This document shows positions 20,515-31,211 of a stretch of DNA of 64,000 nucleotides, piece by piece. Source of the DNA: an uncultured Candidatus Saccharibacteria bacterium. Its GTDB lineage: Bacteria > Patescibacteriota > Doudnabacteria > UBA920. The position numbers were made by a program, and so were the translations under genes. The stretch covers positions 136,226 through 200,225 of the forward strand of contig CAZEKH010000001.1 in NCBI GenBank assembly GCA_964512925.1. The letters run 5' to 3'. The notes below the pieces were generated by a model. That model was not told the origin of the DNA. It searched no databases and saw only the letters and a list, made by a program, of their open reading frames with translations. Each line of letters begins with the position of its first letter. The first letter of the stretch is position 1.

Positions 20515-20784
20515 TCATAAATTGTCTTCGGTTCCTGTTTTGACCGCTTGCCAGATGGCAAGCATAATCAGGGAAGCGGCGATGCTGACCAGGGAGGCGT
20601 GCTCAACGGCTTTTAACAGCTCGGAGACTTGCGCCAGCATAATCAGCATACCAAAGCCTTTGGAGACCAAAGGCTTGCTTCCTGTTTTGCCGGCAAGCTT
20701 TGCCTTCAGGTTAGAAGTTGACCGAAAGGCGCTTACCAGCAGGCCTGCCATAACCACAGCCGCCAGGAACGCGAAGGAGTTCAT
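20515..20784 (-). CDS. Small membrane protein (orphan cassette)
   Basis: AAAGGAG RBS, three hydrophobic segments; promoter TTGACA-17-TATACT at 20886-20914. Confidence 0.6.
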   Translation of the reverse strand: MNSFAFLAAVVMAGLLVSAFRSTSNLKAKLAGKTGSKPLVSKGFGMLIMLAQVSELLKAVEHASLVSIAASLIMLAIWQAVKTGTEDNL

Positions 20785-21079
20785 AATGCTCCTTTCTTTC
20801 CCGATTTGACTCTCGGGAGAACCTCCTTAATGGTAATGTGCTTCCTCAACCTTGGTTGGCAACGCCAACTCGGGGAGGACCCCGAAGTATAAGTTTAAAA
20901 CATGTGTTTGTCAATATACTTAACCGATGTTAAAATATGTTTAATTGATTTGTATGTTTTGTTGTTTTTAAATTAACCTAATTTCTCCGCCTGCAACTTT
21001 TGCCTAGCATTTGGGCAGGTAATTAACCTAATTACCTAAAATCATACATTGGGATTTATTTAGAATAATCAGAAATTTT

Positions 21080-22060
21080 ATGGATATATACAACACTATC
21101 ATCATCGGATCCGGGCCGGCGGGACTGACAGCCGCAATTTATGCTGCCAGGGCTTCTTTGGCGCCTCTGGTTTTGGCCGGACAAAATCCTGGCGGACAGC
21201 TGATGCAGACCACGGAAGTGGAAAATTTCCCCGGGTTTATAAACGGCATACTTGGCCCGGAGCTGATGGAGAACATGACAAAGCAGGCTGAGAGGTTTGG
21301 CGCCAAAATTCTGCAGGAGACTGCGGTTTCGGTTGATTTTAGCGCTCAGCCTTTTGTGGTAACCACAAATATATACAACTCCCAAAAACCACCTCTTAAT
21401 GCAAGAGAGGGCATAGGGGGTGGTATGCCACAAGGGGTATATCTGGCCAAAACCGTGATCATTGCCACGGGCGCGGAAGCCAACTGGCTGGGCTTGCCCA
21501 ACGAGCAGAGGCTTCGCGGCAAAGGCGTTTCCGCCTGCGCTACCTGCGACGGGTTTTTCTTTAAGGGCAAAGACGTGGCAGTCATCGGCGGCGGGGACAG
21601 CGCCATGGAAGAGGCAAATTTCCTTTCCCGTTTTGCCAATACGGTTACCATAGTCCACCGCAGGGAGGAGTTTAAAGCTTCCAAGATAATGCTTCAAAGG
21701 GCAAAAGAAAATCCCAAAATAAAGTTCGTAACCAATGCGGAAGTTTTGGATGTATTAGGCGCGGAAAAAGTTGAAGGATTGAAAATAAAAGATAAAGTTT
21801 CCGGAAGTGAAAGTGATTTAGCTGTTCAAGGAATGTTTTTAGCCATTGGTCATACTCCGGCAGGCAAGATTTTCAAAGACGCGGGCGTGGAAGTTAACGA
21901 GAAAGGCTATATAGTCCCCAAATACCATACAGAAACCAACGTCCCGGGTGTCTTTTGCGCCGGAGATGTGGACGATGCGCGTTACAGGCAGGCCATCACC
22001 GCCGCTGGTATGGGCTGTATGGCTGCTTTGGATGTTGAGAAATATTTAAGCGAAACATAA
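21080..22060 (+). CDS. trxB: Thioredoxin reductase
   Basis: GSGPAG, CATC, GGGDSA, HRR, AGDV, QAITAAG.G. Confidence 0.96.
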   Translation: MDIYNTIIIGSGPAGLTAAIYAARASLAPLVLAGQNPGGQLMQTTEVENFPGFINGILGPELMENMTKQAERFGAKILQETAVSVDFSAQPFVVTTNIYNSQKPPLNAREGIGGGMPQGVYLAKTVIIATGAEANWLGLPNEQRLRGKGVSACATCDGFFFKGKDVAVIGGGDSAMEEANFLSRFANTVTIVHRREEFKASKIMLQRAKENPKIKFVTNAEVLDVLGAEKVEGLKIKDKVSGSESDLAVQGMFLAIGHTPAGKIFKDAGVEVNEKGYIVPKYHTETNVPGVFCAGDVDDARYRQAITAAGMGCMAALDVEKYLSET

Positions 22061-22635
22061 TGAAAGAAATTGGGAATAATGAATTTAGCGGGGAAGTCCA
22101 AAAATCCCCAGAGTCAAAGCTTGAAAGTAAGATAAAAAATATTCGCCAGGAGATGTGGCGGCTTTGCTTGATTTTGAATGAGTATTTACTTTCTATAGGA
22201 AATAAGAAAATTTTAAATCGGGAAAATTTTAATATAAATACTTTTTATTCTTATATTACGCAAGCCTCAACAAGCCTTTTAACCGGATCGAAGAATCCGT
22301 TATATCAGGAAGCTATGACTACTCATGCTGAATTGTTAAAGCTTTTTGAGCAACTGATATTTAGTTATAAAAGTTTGGGCAGGCTTAGAAAAACACACCC
22401 AACTGACCAAACATATGATATTTCTCCTAAAGTCGACGATTGGTCGATTGCCTTTCATGGCGATATGAACCCAAATGGCGCCAGAGTTTTAAGTAGCCGA
22501 TTGCCAGATTTGTCGCAGCAAGAAGGGGATATTGGTGATGACGAGCTTATAGATATGCCAGGGGAGAAAGCAAGGAGAAACAAAAGAATTTTGAACATTC
22601 AAGCAAAACTGCCAGATGAAGAGATAAAAATATGA
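22060..22635 (+). CDS. Hypothetical protein
   Basis: Long ORF translationally coupled to trxB and to the next gene. Confidence 0.6.
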   Translation: MKEIGNNEFSGEVQKSPESKLESKIKNIRQEMWRLCLILNEYLLSIGNKKILNRENFNINTFYSYITQASTSLLTGSKNPLYQEAMTTHAELLKLFEQLIFSYKSLGRLRKTHPTDQTYDISPKVDDWSIAFHGDMNPNGARVLSSRLPDLSQQEGDIGDDELIDMPGEKARRNKRILNIQAKLPDEEIKI

Positions 22636-23075
22636 AAAAATATTGTATTTCTGGCAAAGTTGTAAAGGGTCTGGGCTATGGCAGGAAGCTTGGATACCCG
22701 ACTGCCAACATAGAAAGGCGCGGGTGGGCGAGGCTTACAGAAAAACCGAAGACTGGGGTTTGGGCTGGCTGGATGCAATTGAAAATAGAAAATAGAAAAT
22801 TGAAAATAAATCCCTCTCCCTCAATGGGGGATGGGAAGGGGTGGGGGTGGCACAAGGCTGCTGTAGTTATAGGGCCTTTGGACCAATCCGGTCTTCCAAA
22901 AATAGAAGCGCACCTCCTAAATTTTACAGGCAATTTGTACGGGAAAAAAATTACCATTGTTTTAGAAAAGTATTTAAGGCCGTTTAGAAAGTTTAAGACT
23001 GAAGCCGAACTGAAAAAGCAGATAGGGAAGGATGTTCACAGAGTTAGAAAATTTAAAAATAGAGATAAAAAATAA
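22632..23075 (+). CDS. Monofunctional riboflavin kinase (RibF C-terminal domain)
   Basis: GRKLGYPTANI, IEAHLLNF..NLYG, YLRP..KF. Confidence 0.88.
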   Translation: MKKYCISGKVVKGLGYGRKLGYPTANIERRGWARLTEKPKTGVWAGWMQLKIENRKLKINPSPSMGDGKGWGWHKAAVVIGPLDQSGLPKIEAHLLNFTGNLYGKKITIVLEKYLRPFRKFKTEAELKKQIGKDVHRVRKFKNRDKK

Positions 23076-23104
23076 AGAATAATGACCACTTTTATAACCC
23101 GCAT

Positions 23105-23208
23105 CTGTCATTCCGGAAATTCCAATCATTAAGGAATTATCCGGAATCTAGCTTTTTTACCCTGGATCCCAGCTCTCTCCGCCTGCTGGCGGATAGTCTG
23201 GGATGACA
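23105..23208. repeat. Inverted pair of GTCATYCCG palindromes (empty element)
   Basis: CTGTCATTCCGG..CCGGAATCTAG ... CCTGGATCCCAG..CTGGGATGACA. Confidence 0.8.
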
Positions 23209-23232
23209 AAAAGTTACTTACTACTTGTATTT

Positions 23233-24144
23233 ATGTACCCTCTAATCATTTTCTTTTCTTCTCTCCTTTGGGCTTTGGACGCTCCTTTTCGGCAGCCTTT
23301 GTTGGTCGCGGGTTTGGGCGTGGGGTTTGTGGCTTTACTTGAACATTTGTTCAACACCGGAGCGTCATTGCCGGCTTTGTGGCAAAACCGGGCAAGCTTA
23401 AAAAATATCACACCCAAGCAGTGGGCGGGATTTTTTTACATTGGAGCCGGGGCTTCGGCTTTTGCCGCCATACTGTTTGTCAAAGGCGCGGTTTCTATGA
23501 ACTACAACTTTACAGTAGTGGCGCTCTTACAAAAATTTCAACCGCTCTTTGCTATTTTGTTGTCGTACTTCTTTTTAAAAGAAAAAATCACGGGAAAATT
23601 TTGGCTTTATGCCGTGCCGGCTTTGTTTGGAGGATACTTGGTGAGTTTTGGTTTGTCTAATCCTTTTGTGTTATTACAAACCGCAAAAATTGCTTCATTT
23701 GTCGGCCCTTTTCTTGCGGTCTTGGCAGCAATCCTATGGGCAGGAGGGACTGTTGTGGGTAGAGGGCTTTTAAATAATTTAGATTTTAAACTTGTAACTG
23801 CTTTGAGATTTTTGTTTGGCCTTTTGTTTTTAGTTTTTTATGTTTGGTTTTTTGAAAAATTTCAGTTTAGCCAAATGGGCAGCTTTGAGTGGAGAAATGT
23901 GTTTATTATTGCTATGCTGACAGGGTTTTTTGCCTTGTCTTTGTACTACTATGGCCTGAAAAAAACCAAAGCCTCGGTTGCCACGCTTATGGAGCTTGGT
24001 TACCCAGTTGCCCTTACAATCATCAACTGGAAATTTCTTCATATTGCCCTAAGCCCCTGGCAGATCGCCGGAGCGGTGCTTTTGGTAGTATCTGTGGTAG
24101 CTATGGCTTTAGTCGGACAAAAGAAAGCGCCAGAAGTTCGGTAG
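23233..24144 (+). CDS. EamA/DMT family transporter
   Basis: Ten TMs in two EamA repeats; LLQKFQPLFAILLS...LKEK. Confidence 0.9.
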   Translation: MYPLIIFFSSLLWALDAPFRQPLLVAGLGVGFVALLEHLFNTGASLPALWQNRASLKNITPKQWAGFFYIGAGASAFAAILFVKGAVSMNYNFTVVALLQKFQPLFAILLSYFFLKEKITGKFWLYAVPALFGGYLVSFGLSNPFVLLQTAKIASFVGPFLAVLAAILWAGGTVVGRGLLNNLDFKLVTALRFLFGLLFLVFYVWFFEKFQFSQMGSFEWRNVFIIAMLTGFFALSLYYYGLKKTKASVATLMELGYPVALTIINWKFLHIALSPWQIAGAVLLVVSVVAMALVGQKKAPEVR

Positions 24145-24438
24145 CTCGATATGATATTAAGTATAGATTTTCAGCTGTACTTTAGAAACAAGATCCCAGC
24201 ATTCCTCCTTTTTTAAAACTCCGGAAGGATAAGTCGCGAGGATTACAATAAAAATAAACTGTCATTCCGGCCTTTGAGCCGGAATCTTGTATTTTAAGAG
24301 AAATATTTTTCACTGTATTTAGTATTTTACTTTGAATTACGAAATTGTTATCAAGACAAAATTTTCCAGGCGATTGACGAGAGGGGTGTTTTGGAGTACA
24401 ATATAAAGTCCTAAATATAACAATTAATTTATAAATAT

Positions 24439-26802
24439 ATGTTAAAAAAAGCTCTTATTTTAGCGGCTTTTGTGGGGCTGATGGCGGCTTTTGCGCCAAA
24501 AGCTCTGGCCGCCACCCCGTATTTGTCCGTTTCTGGACAGAGCGGTGACAACTATACCTTTACCATCACTGGCGCGGATTCAAACGCGAGGGTGGTTTTG
24601 TACGCGAGAACCCAAGGGTCTTCGCTTTGGTCAACAGTCATTGACCCGATTGGTTATACAGACTTTTCCGGCAATTTAACCACCACAAAAAATGCAGGAT
24701 TAGGTAGTTCCGCTGGTGAGTTTTATGTTTTGGTCAACGGCCAGCAGTCAGGAGTGGTAAGTTCAAACTATAACAATTACAATAACTATAATGGAAATTA
24801 TAGCGGTTGTACTTATAACTGTGGCAGTCCATATGGTTTATCTTTGAGCCAAAACAGCGTCAGTGTGGCAGTAGGACAGAATTCGTATGTTACTGCCTAT
24901 AACTCTTCCGGGTTATATATTTCTTCAAATTCCAATTCTTCTGTTGTTATAGCTTCGGTTTCCGGTAATCAGATTACTTTATACGGCAGGGCTTCGGGCA
25001 CGGCAACTGTGCAGGTATGCGGCAATAGCTATAACAATAACTATTACTATAACAACAGCTCAAACTGCGCCAGCATTTTCGTTACCGTAAGTGGCGGAGT
25101 TTTGGGCGCAAATACCAACCTTTGGTTTTCGCCTTCTAACCCAACTTTATTTGTGGGGCAAAATTTAGCAGTCTCTATCAACAGTTCAGTGGTCGCGGGT
25201 AGCTACTACTATCCGCAGAGCAATGCCTACTATATTTCCTCTAACTCTAACTCAGGTGTTGTTTCCGCCAATGTAGTGGGAACAGTTTTAAACTTGTATG
25301 GCTTGACGAACGGTTCTTCCACTATCAATGTTTGTCACAGCTCGCTGGGGTATTGTTCAAGTCTGTATGTTACAGTTAGTGGCGGCTCCTCAGGATCCAG
25401 CATCACTTTTAGCGAACCAAGTCCGGCTATGTATGTCGGGCAAAGCAAAGCTGTCAGCATTTACGGCGGCTCGTATGGCACCTATTACATAGGCGCAAAC
25501 GGCAACTCCTCAGTAGTTTCAGCCAGCATTTCAGGTTCAACTTTGAACTTGTACGCAATGCAAAACGGTTCTTCCACCATTAGCATTTGTCAGTATGGTG
25601 GCACTTGCGGGTATATTTATGCTACGGTTTCCGGCTCGGGTACCGGGTCTTTAACTCTTAGCCAGGGCACTTTAAACCTAACACCTAACCAGTCTTCTTC
25701 AGTAACTGTTTATGGCAACAATTCCGGTCTCTATATTTCCCAAAATTCCAACTCCCAGGTAGCCAGCGCGACTTTGTCCGGCAATACTGTCAATGTGTAT
25801 GCCTACACGCAAGGCAACACTACTATTTCCATCTGCCAGACAGGATATAGCGTTTGCGCTTACTTGTATGTTACTGTCAGCGGCGGCTCTACCGGGGGAC
25901 AGGTTTGGTTTTCTCCTTCCAGCGCCAACATCAACGTTGGCCAAAATCAAGCGGTAAATATTTATAGCGGCAGTTTTAACAGCTATTACATCTCAGCTAA
26001 TTCAAACCCAAGCGTTGTAACAGCCAGCATTTCTGGCAATATAATGAACATCTACGGACGGGTAAATGGCTCTTCTACTGTTACAGTTTGTCAGTCTTCT
26101 GTCTCAGCCTGTTCTAGCTTTTATGTTACAGTATCTGGTGGCGGCACGACCGGCGGTTTGTCTTTAAGTCAAACCTCAGTTAGCTTAAACATCGGACAGA
26201 CTTCATATGTTACAGCTTATAACTCTTCTGGCCTGTACATTTCTTCCAATAGCAATTCTTCCGTAGCCTCAGCTTCTGTCTCAGGTAGTCAAATAATGAT
26301 TTACGGACTAACCAACGGCAGTACCAACATTTTGGTTTGTTCCGGTGGTTCGGGTTATACAGTGGGCTGTGCTACTGTGTATGTAACAGTTTCTGGTGGC
26401 GGCGGAGTTTTGGGTACATCTATCTACAAAAATGGCACACTGATTTCTGAAAACGGCACAGTCTATATAACTTATAAAAATACCAAAACCGGATTTGCCA
26501 ATAGAGCGGCTTTTGAAGGCTTGGGCTTTAGATTTACAAATGTTTTGTCCACCGGCTATACCGGCCTTGTTAACTCCGGTTATATTGTGCAGACTGCTTA
26601 TGCTTCCCACCCTTGGGGCTCCTGGATTAAGTCAGGCGGCACGGTTTACTTTGTCCACGAGTCTGGGCTTATCCCAGTTCCATCTTATGATGTGTTCTTA
26701 AATAATGGGGGACAGGACTACCTGGTGGTCCCTGCCAACTCCTGGGACTTTAGTCTCCCAATGCTGTCACCGATGACGTATGGGGATTTTAGGCTTCAAT
26801 AA
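24439..26802 (+). CDS. Secreted surface protein with tandem approx. 83-aa Ig-like repeats
   Basis: Signal peptide ALA; six repeats of YISSNSNS.V.SAS.SG..L.LYG..NGS.T..VC....C..LYVTVSGG. Confidence 0.85.
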   Translation: MLKKALILAAFVGLMAAFAPKALAATPYLSVSGQSGDNYTFTITGADSNARVVLYARTQGSSLWSTVIDPIGYTDFSGNLTTTKNAGLGSSAGEFYVLVNGQQSGVVSSNYNNYNNYNGNYSGCTYNCGSPYGLSLSQNSVSVAVGQNSYVTAYNSSGLYISSNSNSSVVIASVSGNQITLYGRASGTATVQVCGNSYNNNYYYNNSSNCASIFVTVSGGVLGANTNLWFSPSNPTLFVGQNLAVSINSSVVAGSYYYPQSNAYYISSNSNSGVVSANVVGTVLNLYGLTNGSSTINVCHSSLGYCSSLYVTVSGGSSGSSITFSEPSPAMYVGQSKAVSIYGGSYGTYYIGANGNSSVVSASISGSTLNLYAMQNGSSTISICQYGGTCGYIYATVSGSGTGSLTLSQGTLNLTPNQSSSVTVYGNNSGLYISQNSNSQVASATLSGNTVNVYAYTQGNTTISICQTGYSVCAYLYVTVSGGSTGGQVWFSPSSANINVGQNQAVNIYSGSFNSYYISANSNPSVVTASISGNIMNIYGRVNGSSTVTVCQSSVSACSSFYVTVSGGGTTGGLSLSQTSVSLNIGQTSYVTAYNSSGLYISSNSNSSVASASVSGSQIMIYGLTNGSTNILVCSGGSGYTVGCATVYVTVSGGGGVLGTSIYKNGTLISENGTVYITYKNTKTGFANRAAFEGLGFRFTNVLSTGYTGLVNSGYIVQTAYASHPWGSWIKSGGTVYFVHESGLIPVPSYDVFLNNGGQDYLVVPANSWDFSLPMLSPMTYGDFRLQ

Positions 26803-26836
26803 TGCAAGTAGATAGTATATTGTATTAAGTATTATG

Positions 26837-26872
26837 CAAAAACTCCCCCGATGTAATCGGGGGAGTTTTTTT
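26837..26872. terminator. Bidirectional terminator
   Basis: AAAAACTCCCCCGAT-GTA-ATCGGGGGAGTTTTTT. Confidence 0.8.
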
Positions 26873-26907
26873 GTCTTTGCTAAATACAAAATACTTTATA
26901 CTAAATA

Positions 26908-27468
26908 CTAGTTCGCCACTCTTTCCACATAAGCGCCGTCTCTGGTGTCCACACGGATGAGGTCGCCTTCCTTGATGAACATCGGAGCGTCAACTGTCAG
27001 GCCGGTTTCAAGCGTGACGATTTTCGTAACATTGCCGCCACTGTTGCCTTTGGTGTCGGGTGGAGCTTCGGTAACTTTTAGTTCAACTTTGATCGGAAGT
27101 TCTATGGAAACTGGTTTGTCGTTAAAGCGCAAGATGGAAACTTCCATACCTTCTTTCAAAAACTTTTCTTGTTCCAATGTAACTTCTTTTTGGATGTCTA
27201 CGGTTTCAAAAGTCGACTGATTCATAAAGTGGGTGCCGTCAGCATCGGCATATAGAAAGCCGGCTTTTTCGCGGGTAACATCCGCTTCCTCTATGCTTTC
27301 GCCGAATTTGAAAGAATATTCGTAAACTTTGCCGGTGATGACATTTCTAAGTTTGGTTTGCATTACTGGTTTTCTTTGGGCAGTACGCATCCGGTTGGAC
27401 CAGATGACCTGAACTGGCTGTTTTTCCCAGAGAATAATGGTACCAATTTTAAGATCGTTTAAATCCAT
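26908..27468 (-). CDS. efp: Elongation factor P (non-canonical loop)
   Basis: TKLRN..TG, FLY.D, FMN..TFE, ELPIKVEL.V.EAPP..KG, LETG..V.APMFI.EGD.I.VDTR.G.YVER. Confidence 0.93.
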   Translation of the reverse strand: MDLNDLKIGTIILWEKQPVQVIWSNRMRTAQRKPVMQTKLRNVITGKVYEYSFKFGESIEEADVTREKAGFLYADADGTHFMNQSTFETVDIQKEVTLEQEKFLKEGMEVSILRFNDKPVSIELPIKVELKVTEAPPDTKGNSGGNVTKIVTLETGLTVDAPMFIKEGDLIRVDTRDGAYVERVAN

Positions 27469-27570
27469 TGTTGTTTAATCCTAATTATCCGAATTAATAT
27501 CCAAATGTTCCGAATTTACTGCAATCATTCGGGTAATTTGGATTGCAGTATTTGGGTAATTCGGGTTATG

Positions 27571-27801
27571 TTATGCTGCTACAAACGGCAGGAGAGCCAT
27601 ATGCCGGGCTCTTTTTAAGGCCTGGGCAACTACGCGCTGGTGTTTTGGGCAAGTGCCTGTTCTTTTGCTACCCATAATTTTAGCGTGGGGAGACATAAAG
27701 CGTCTGAGGCCTTGGGTGTCTTTGTAGTCAATGGTGGTTAAGTGGTTGGAGCAGAAATAACACTGCTTTTTTACGTTGATGGTTGGTTGTTGTGGACGCA
27801 T
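27571..27801 (-). CDS. rpsR: 30S ribosomal protein S18
   Basis: CYFC..IDYKD..L.RF, KI..S.RTG.C.KHQR, RAR..ALLPF. Confidence 0.95.
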   Translation of the reverse strand: MRPQQPTINVKKQCYFCSNHLTTIDYKDTQGLRRFMSPHAKIMGSKRTGTCPKHQRVVAQALKRARHMALLPFVAA

Positions 27802-27906
27802 AATAAAATTATTCTAATTATTCTAATTGCTCTAATTAACCTAACTGATTTTTAGAATAATTAGGTCAATTAGGTTAATTTGTCATTACCATTTTAAACC
27901 AATGGT

Positions 27907-28404
27907 TTAAAATGGTATATCTTCCACATTTACATCTTCCTGCTGGATGGTTGGAAGTTCTTCTTCTCTTGGGGCTGGGGCAGGGGAGAGGTTTTGTGGT
28001 TTGGTTGAGGATTGAAATGTTGGAGCTTGGGAAACTTGGGGCTGGAAAGCTGAAGACTGGGAAGTGCCGGAAGATTTGCTGTCCAGCATAATCATATTGT
28101 CGCCGATGATTTCCGTGCGGTAGCGCTTTTGTCCGTCCTGGCCGTCCCAGGAGCGGGTCTGGAGCCTGCCTTCTATGTAGACTTTTGCGCCTTTTTTCAG
28201 GTATTGGTGAGCGATCTCGCCAAGCTTGCGCCAGAGGACTACGTTGTGGAATTCGGTTTGTTCCACTTTTTGCCCCGTGTCTTTGTTGGTGTAAGCAAAG
28301 CCCGTGGCAACACCGATCTGGCAAACATTGACGCCAGAAGGGGTGGTGCGCAGTTCTGGGTCGCGGGTCAGCCGACCGATGATCATAACTTTGTTTAAAT
28401 CCAT
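27907..28404 (-). CDS. ssb: Single-stranded DNA-binding protein
   Basis: NKVMIIGRLTRDPELR, VYIEGRLQTRSW, acidic DIPF tail. Confidence 0.97.
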   Translation of the reverse strand: MDLNKVMIIGRLTRDPELRTTPSGVNVCQIGVATGFAYTNKDTGQKVEQTEFHNVVLWRKLGEIAHQYLKKGAKVYIEGRLQTRSWDGQDGQKRYRTEIIGDNMIMLDSKSSGTSQSSAFQPQVSQAPTFQSSTKPQNLSPAPAPREEELPTIQQEDVNVEDIPF

Positions 28405-28494
28405 ATAAATCGCTGATCTCTCGCGGATTAAAACGCTGATCTCATGCGGATCTGCGTGGGGTCCGCGTTAATTTCTGCGTGTATTCCGCGTTAA

Positions 28495-28983
28495 TTATTT
28501 GGTGAGGTCTTCAGTTAGCGCTGCCTCTATCTTTTCTTCCAGGGCTTTTTCGTCTATGTCTTCCAGCTTAACCTGAGGCTTTGCTTTTTTCTCCACCGGA
28601 GCTGAGCTTGGCTTTTCCAGTTCAGAAGCCGGGATTTTGCGCTTGGAATTTAAGGCGCTTTGGGCTTTCCTGTCCTTTTCCGCGCGTTCCAAGTACTCAT
28701 CCAGGTTGACCAGGATATAGCGGATAATGTTTTGGTTCTGGGAGCGGATTTTCGCGTCCAAACCGTTGACCTTTTTTCCTTCCATACTGAAATTCACCAC
28801 AACATAATGTCCGTTGCGGGTTTTCTTGATGGGATAGGCAAGTTTCTTTTTGCCTAACTGGGTTTCTACAACTTCTTCTCCGCCAAATTCTTTGACAAAG
28901 TCTAAAACTTGAGCGGTGATGCCAGGAACGTCAGTGTCTGCTACGTGGCTTCCGAGCAGATACATAAGTTCATATTTTGGCAT
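28495..28983 (-). CDS. rpsF: 30S ribosomal protein S6 with C-terminal extension
   Basis: KYELM, GKKKLAYPIKK..G.Y, IIRY; rpsF-ssb-rpsR gene order. Confidence 0.93.
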   Translation of the reverse strand: MPKYELMYLLGSHVADTDVPGITAQVLDFVKEFGGEEVVETQLGKKKLAYPIKKTRNGHYVVVNFSMEGKKVNGLDAKIRSQNQNIIRYILVNLDEYLERAEKDRKAQSALNSKRKIPASELEKPSSAPVEKKAKPQVKLEDIDEKALEEKIEAALTEDLTK

Positions 28984-29207
28984 AAGGAGGTCTCCTTATC
29001 TCTGCGGCTAAATACCACAAAGAATATGAATAATTATTGTTCACAAATCACCAATACTACAAATTTTACAAATAACTTATCAATCTGTTTGATTTGCCGT
29101 ATCTATGATCAGTGGATGATGTTGAAAGTATAGCAATTACTGGGTTTTTTGTCGATATTGACAATTTTTAGGATTTATGGTAAGATGTTGGGTCATTCTG
29201 AAGGAGG

Positions 29208-29480
29208 GTGACATTAGTGTACGCAGACAAACGCCTTGCCAAATTTTTCCACGGACCGCTCGGTGTCCCTCCAGGGATACGGTCGGTCATCGTCCTTGAA
29301 GGGGGCGAGACCGCAGACGCGGTTATGTGGAGAGCATACAAGGAGAAAGCGGTTTATACGTCATGGGGTGGAGACAAGCTTTTTTGGGTGGTTTTTCCAA
29401 ACAAACCTGACAGAGCTTGGGATTTCACCGCAGGGGCGCTTAGACGCGAACTCCGAAAGGCAAATCAGCCGAAAGGCTGA
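29208..29480 (+). CDS. Orphan hypothetical protein
   Basis: AAGGAGG RBS before GTG; promoter TTGACA-17-TAAGAT at 29158-29186. Confidence 0.5.
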   Translation: MTLVYADKRLAKFFHGPLGVPPGIRSVIVLEGGETADAVMWRAYKEKAVYTSWGGDKLFWVVFPNKPDRAWDFTAGALRRELRKANQPKG

Positions 29481-29687
29481 GCCGCTCGCACCCGGCTTAC
29501 GGTGCGGCGCTAACCGCAGGATCTCTAAGCGAGGTTTTGGCGGGAAACGATCCGAAGCGGCGGCCGAAGGCCTGCCGAAGACGGATCGCCGGCGCGGCGA
29601 TGTCTGCATATAATATATTATGAAAAAAAATAAGATCTAGCTTAAAACCCTAGGTCTTTTCTTTTGATTTATTTTTTATAAATTATT

Positions 29688-29772
29688 TCCTCCCCTTAGT
29701 GTAAGGGGAGGCTGGGAGGGGATATGAAGTTTTCAGTATCACCCCCTGCCCCCTCTTATGTTAAGAGGGGGG
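29688..29772. mobile_element. Empty (non-autonomous) derivative of the DUF559 element
   Basis: CCTCCCCTTA..TAAGGGGAGG..GGAGGGGATA, short spacer, ATCACCCCC..CCCCCTCTTA..TAAGAGGGGG; same two ends as flank 40511..40879. Confidence 0.75.
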
Positions 29773-29785
29773 AAAATATTTGCGT

Positions 29786-30880
29786 CTATGCAGATGTTAG
29801 GAAATGAACAACATCCCCATCCTGTACCACATAGGCTTTGCCTTCGGTGCGAAGCCAGCCTTTTTCTCGGGCCTTGCCATAGCTGCCGGCTTCCAGGAGT
29901 TTGTCCCACTGGATGACTTCCGCGCGGATGAAGTTTTTTTCAAAGTCAGAGTGGATCTTGCCTGCGGCCTCAGGCGCTTTGGAGCCGGCTACACAAGTCC
30001 AGGCTTTGGACTCTTTTGGTCCCGCCGTGATGAAAGTTACCAAGCCCAAAGTTTTGTAGGCTTGTTTGATGATTTTGTTTAAACCTGACTCAGGCAGTCC
30101 CAGCTCTTTTAAATATTCGCTCCGTTCTTCGTCAGAAAGTTCGGAAAGCTCGGATTCAAGTTGCGCATCAGCAGATATAAAATCCTTATAGTCCCCCTCC
30201 CCAGGCTTGGGGAGGGTTGGGGAGAGGTCGAAGTTTTTAGTACTTAAATCAAATTTCTGGTTCGCCACAAACAAAAACGGTTTTGTGGTAAGAAGCTGGA
30301 TGTCTTTGCTGTTTTCTTTTTCTTCATCGCTCAAAGAAACTTCAGACGCCATTTTCCCTTGGTTTAAAGCTTCTCTATATTTTTCCAAAACCTGTTTTTT
30401 TATAACCATTTCCCGGTCGCCGGATCTGGCGCCTTTGGAAGCGGTCTCAAGCCTTTTTTCCACATTTTGCAGGTCAGCCAGCTGAAGCTCCAGGCCAATA
30501 GTTTCCATATCCCTTTTTGGGTCCACAGTGCCGGAAACGTGGATGATGTCCTTGTTTTCAAAAAACCTTATAACTTCCATTATAGCGTCCACTTCTCTTA
30601 TGTTTGCCAAAAACTGGTTACCCAAACCTTCGCCTTTGTGCGCGCCGGCAACCAAACCTGCGATGTCCACGAACTCTATGGTAGTAGGCACGACTTTTTC
30701 ACTTTTTTCCTGCTGGGCAAGTTTTCCAAGCCTCTCGTCCGGCACTGTTACGACTGCCACGTTTGGTTCAATAGTTGCAAAAGGGTAGTTGGAAGCCACA
30801 ACCTTGCTTTTGGTAATGGCGTTAAAAAGTGTGGATTTGCCTACATTTGGCAGGCCGACAATGCCGATTTTGAAGCTCAT
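29786..30880 (-). CDS. ychF: Redox-regulated ATPase YchF
   Basis: GIVGLPNVGKSTLFN, NYPFATIEPN, DIAGLV.GAH.GEGLGNQFL, GKIHSDF..FIRAEV. Confidence 0.96.
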   Translation of the reverse strand: MSFKIGIVGLPNVGKSTLFNAITKSKVVASNYPFATIEPNVAVVTVPDERLGKLAQQEKSEKVVPTTIEFVDIAGLVAGAHKGEGLGNQFLANIREVDAIMEVIRFFENKDIIHVSGTVDPKRDMETIGLELQLADLQNVEKRLETASKGARSGDREMVIKKQVLEKYREALNQGKMASEVSLSDEEKENSKDIQLLTTKPFLFVANQKFDLSTKNFDLSPTLPKPGEGDYKDFISADAQLESELSELSDEERSEYLKELGLPESGLNKIIKQAYKTLGLVTFITAGPKESKAWTCVAGSKAPEAAGKIHSDFEKNFIRAEVIQWDKLLEAGSYGKAREKGWLRTEGKAYVVQDGDVVHFLTSA

Positions 30881-31211
30881 AGTTTTTCCTTATAGTCTCC
30901 CTCCCCCTGTCTGCCGCCAGGCAGGCAAAGCTTGGGGAGGGTTGGGGAGAGGTTTGATCTTGAATAATAACGATATACAACCCAAGTATTGTAAATGAAA
31001 TAAGGATTTTCGCCAAGCATTAAATTTTTACTAATGCGAAATAATACAAAGTCATTTTTTTGTGTCATCCCCGCGGAGGCGGGGATCTTGCTAATTGTCA
31101 TTATTTACCGATTTTCATATGGGTAAACTTCAACAGGTATCTAAGTTTGCCCAGCAAGGACTTGATTTTTTCAAAGAGAGAGAGAGTACATTACTGGGCA
31201 AGGAGGTAGTT

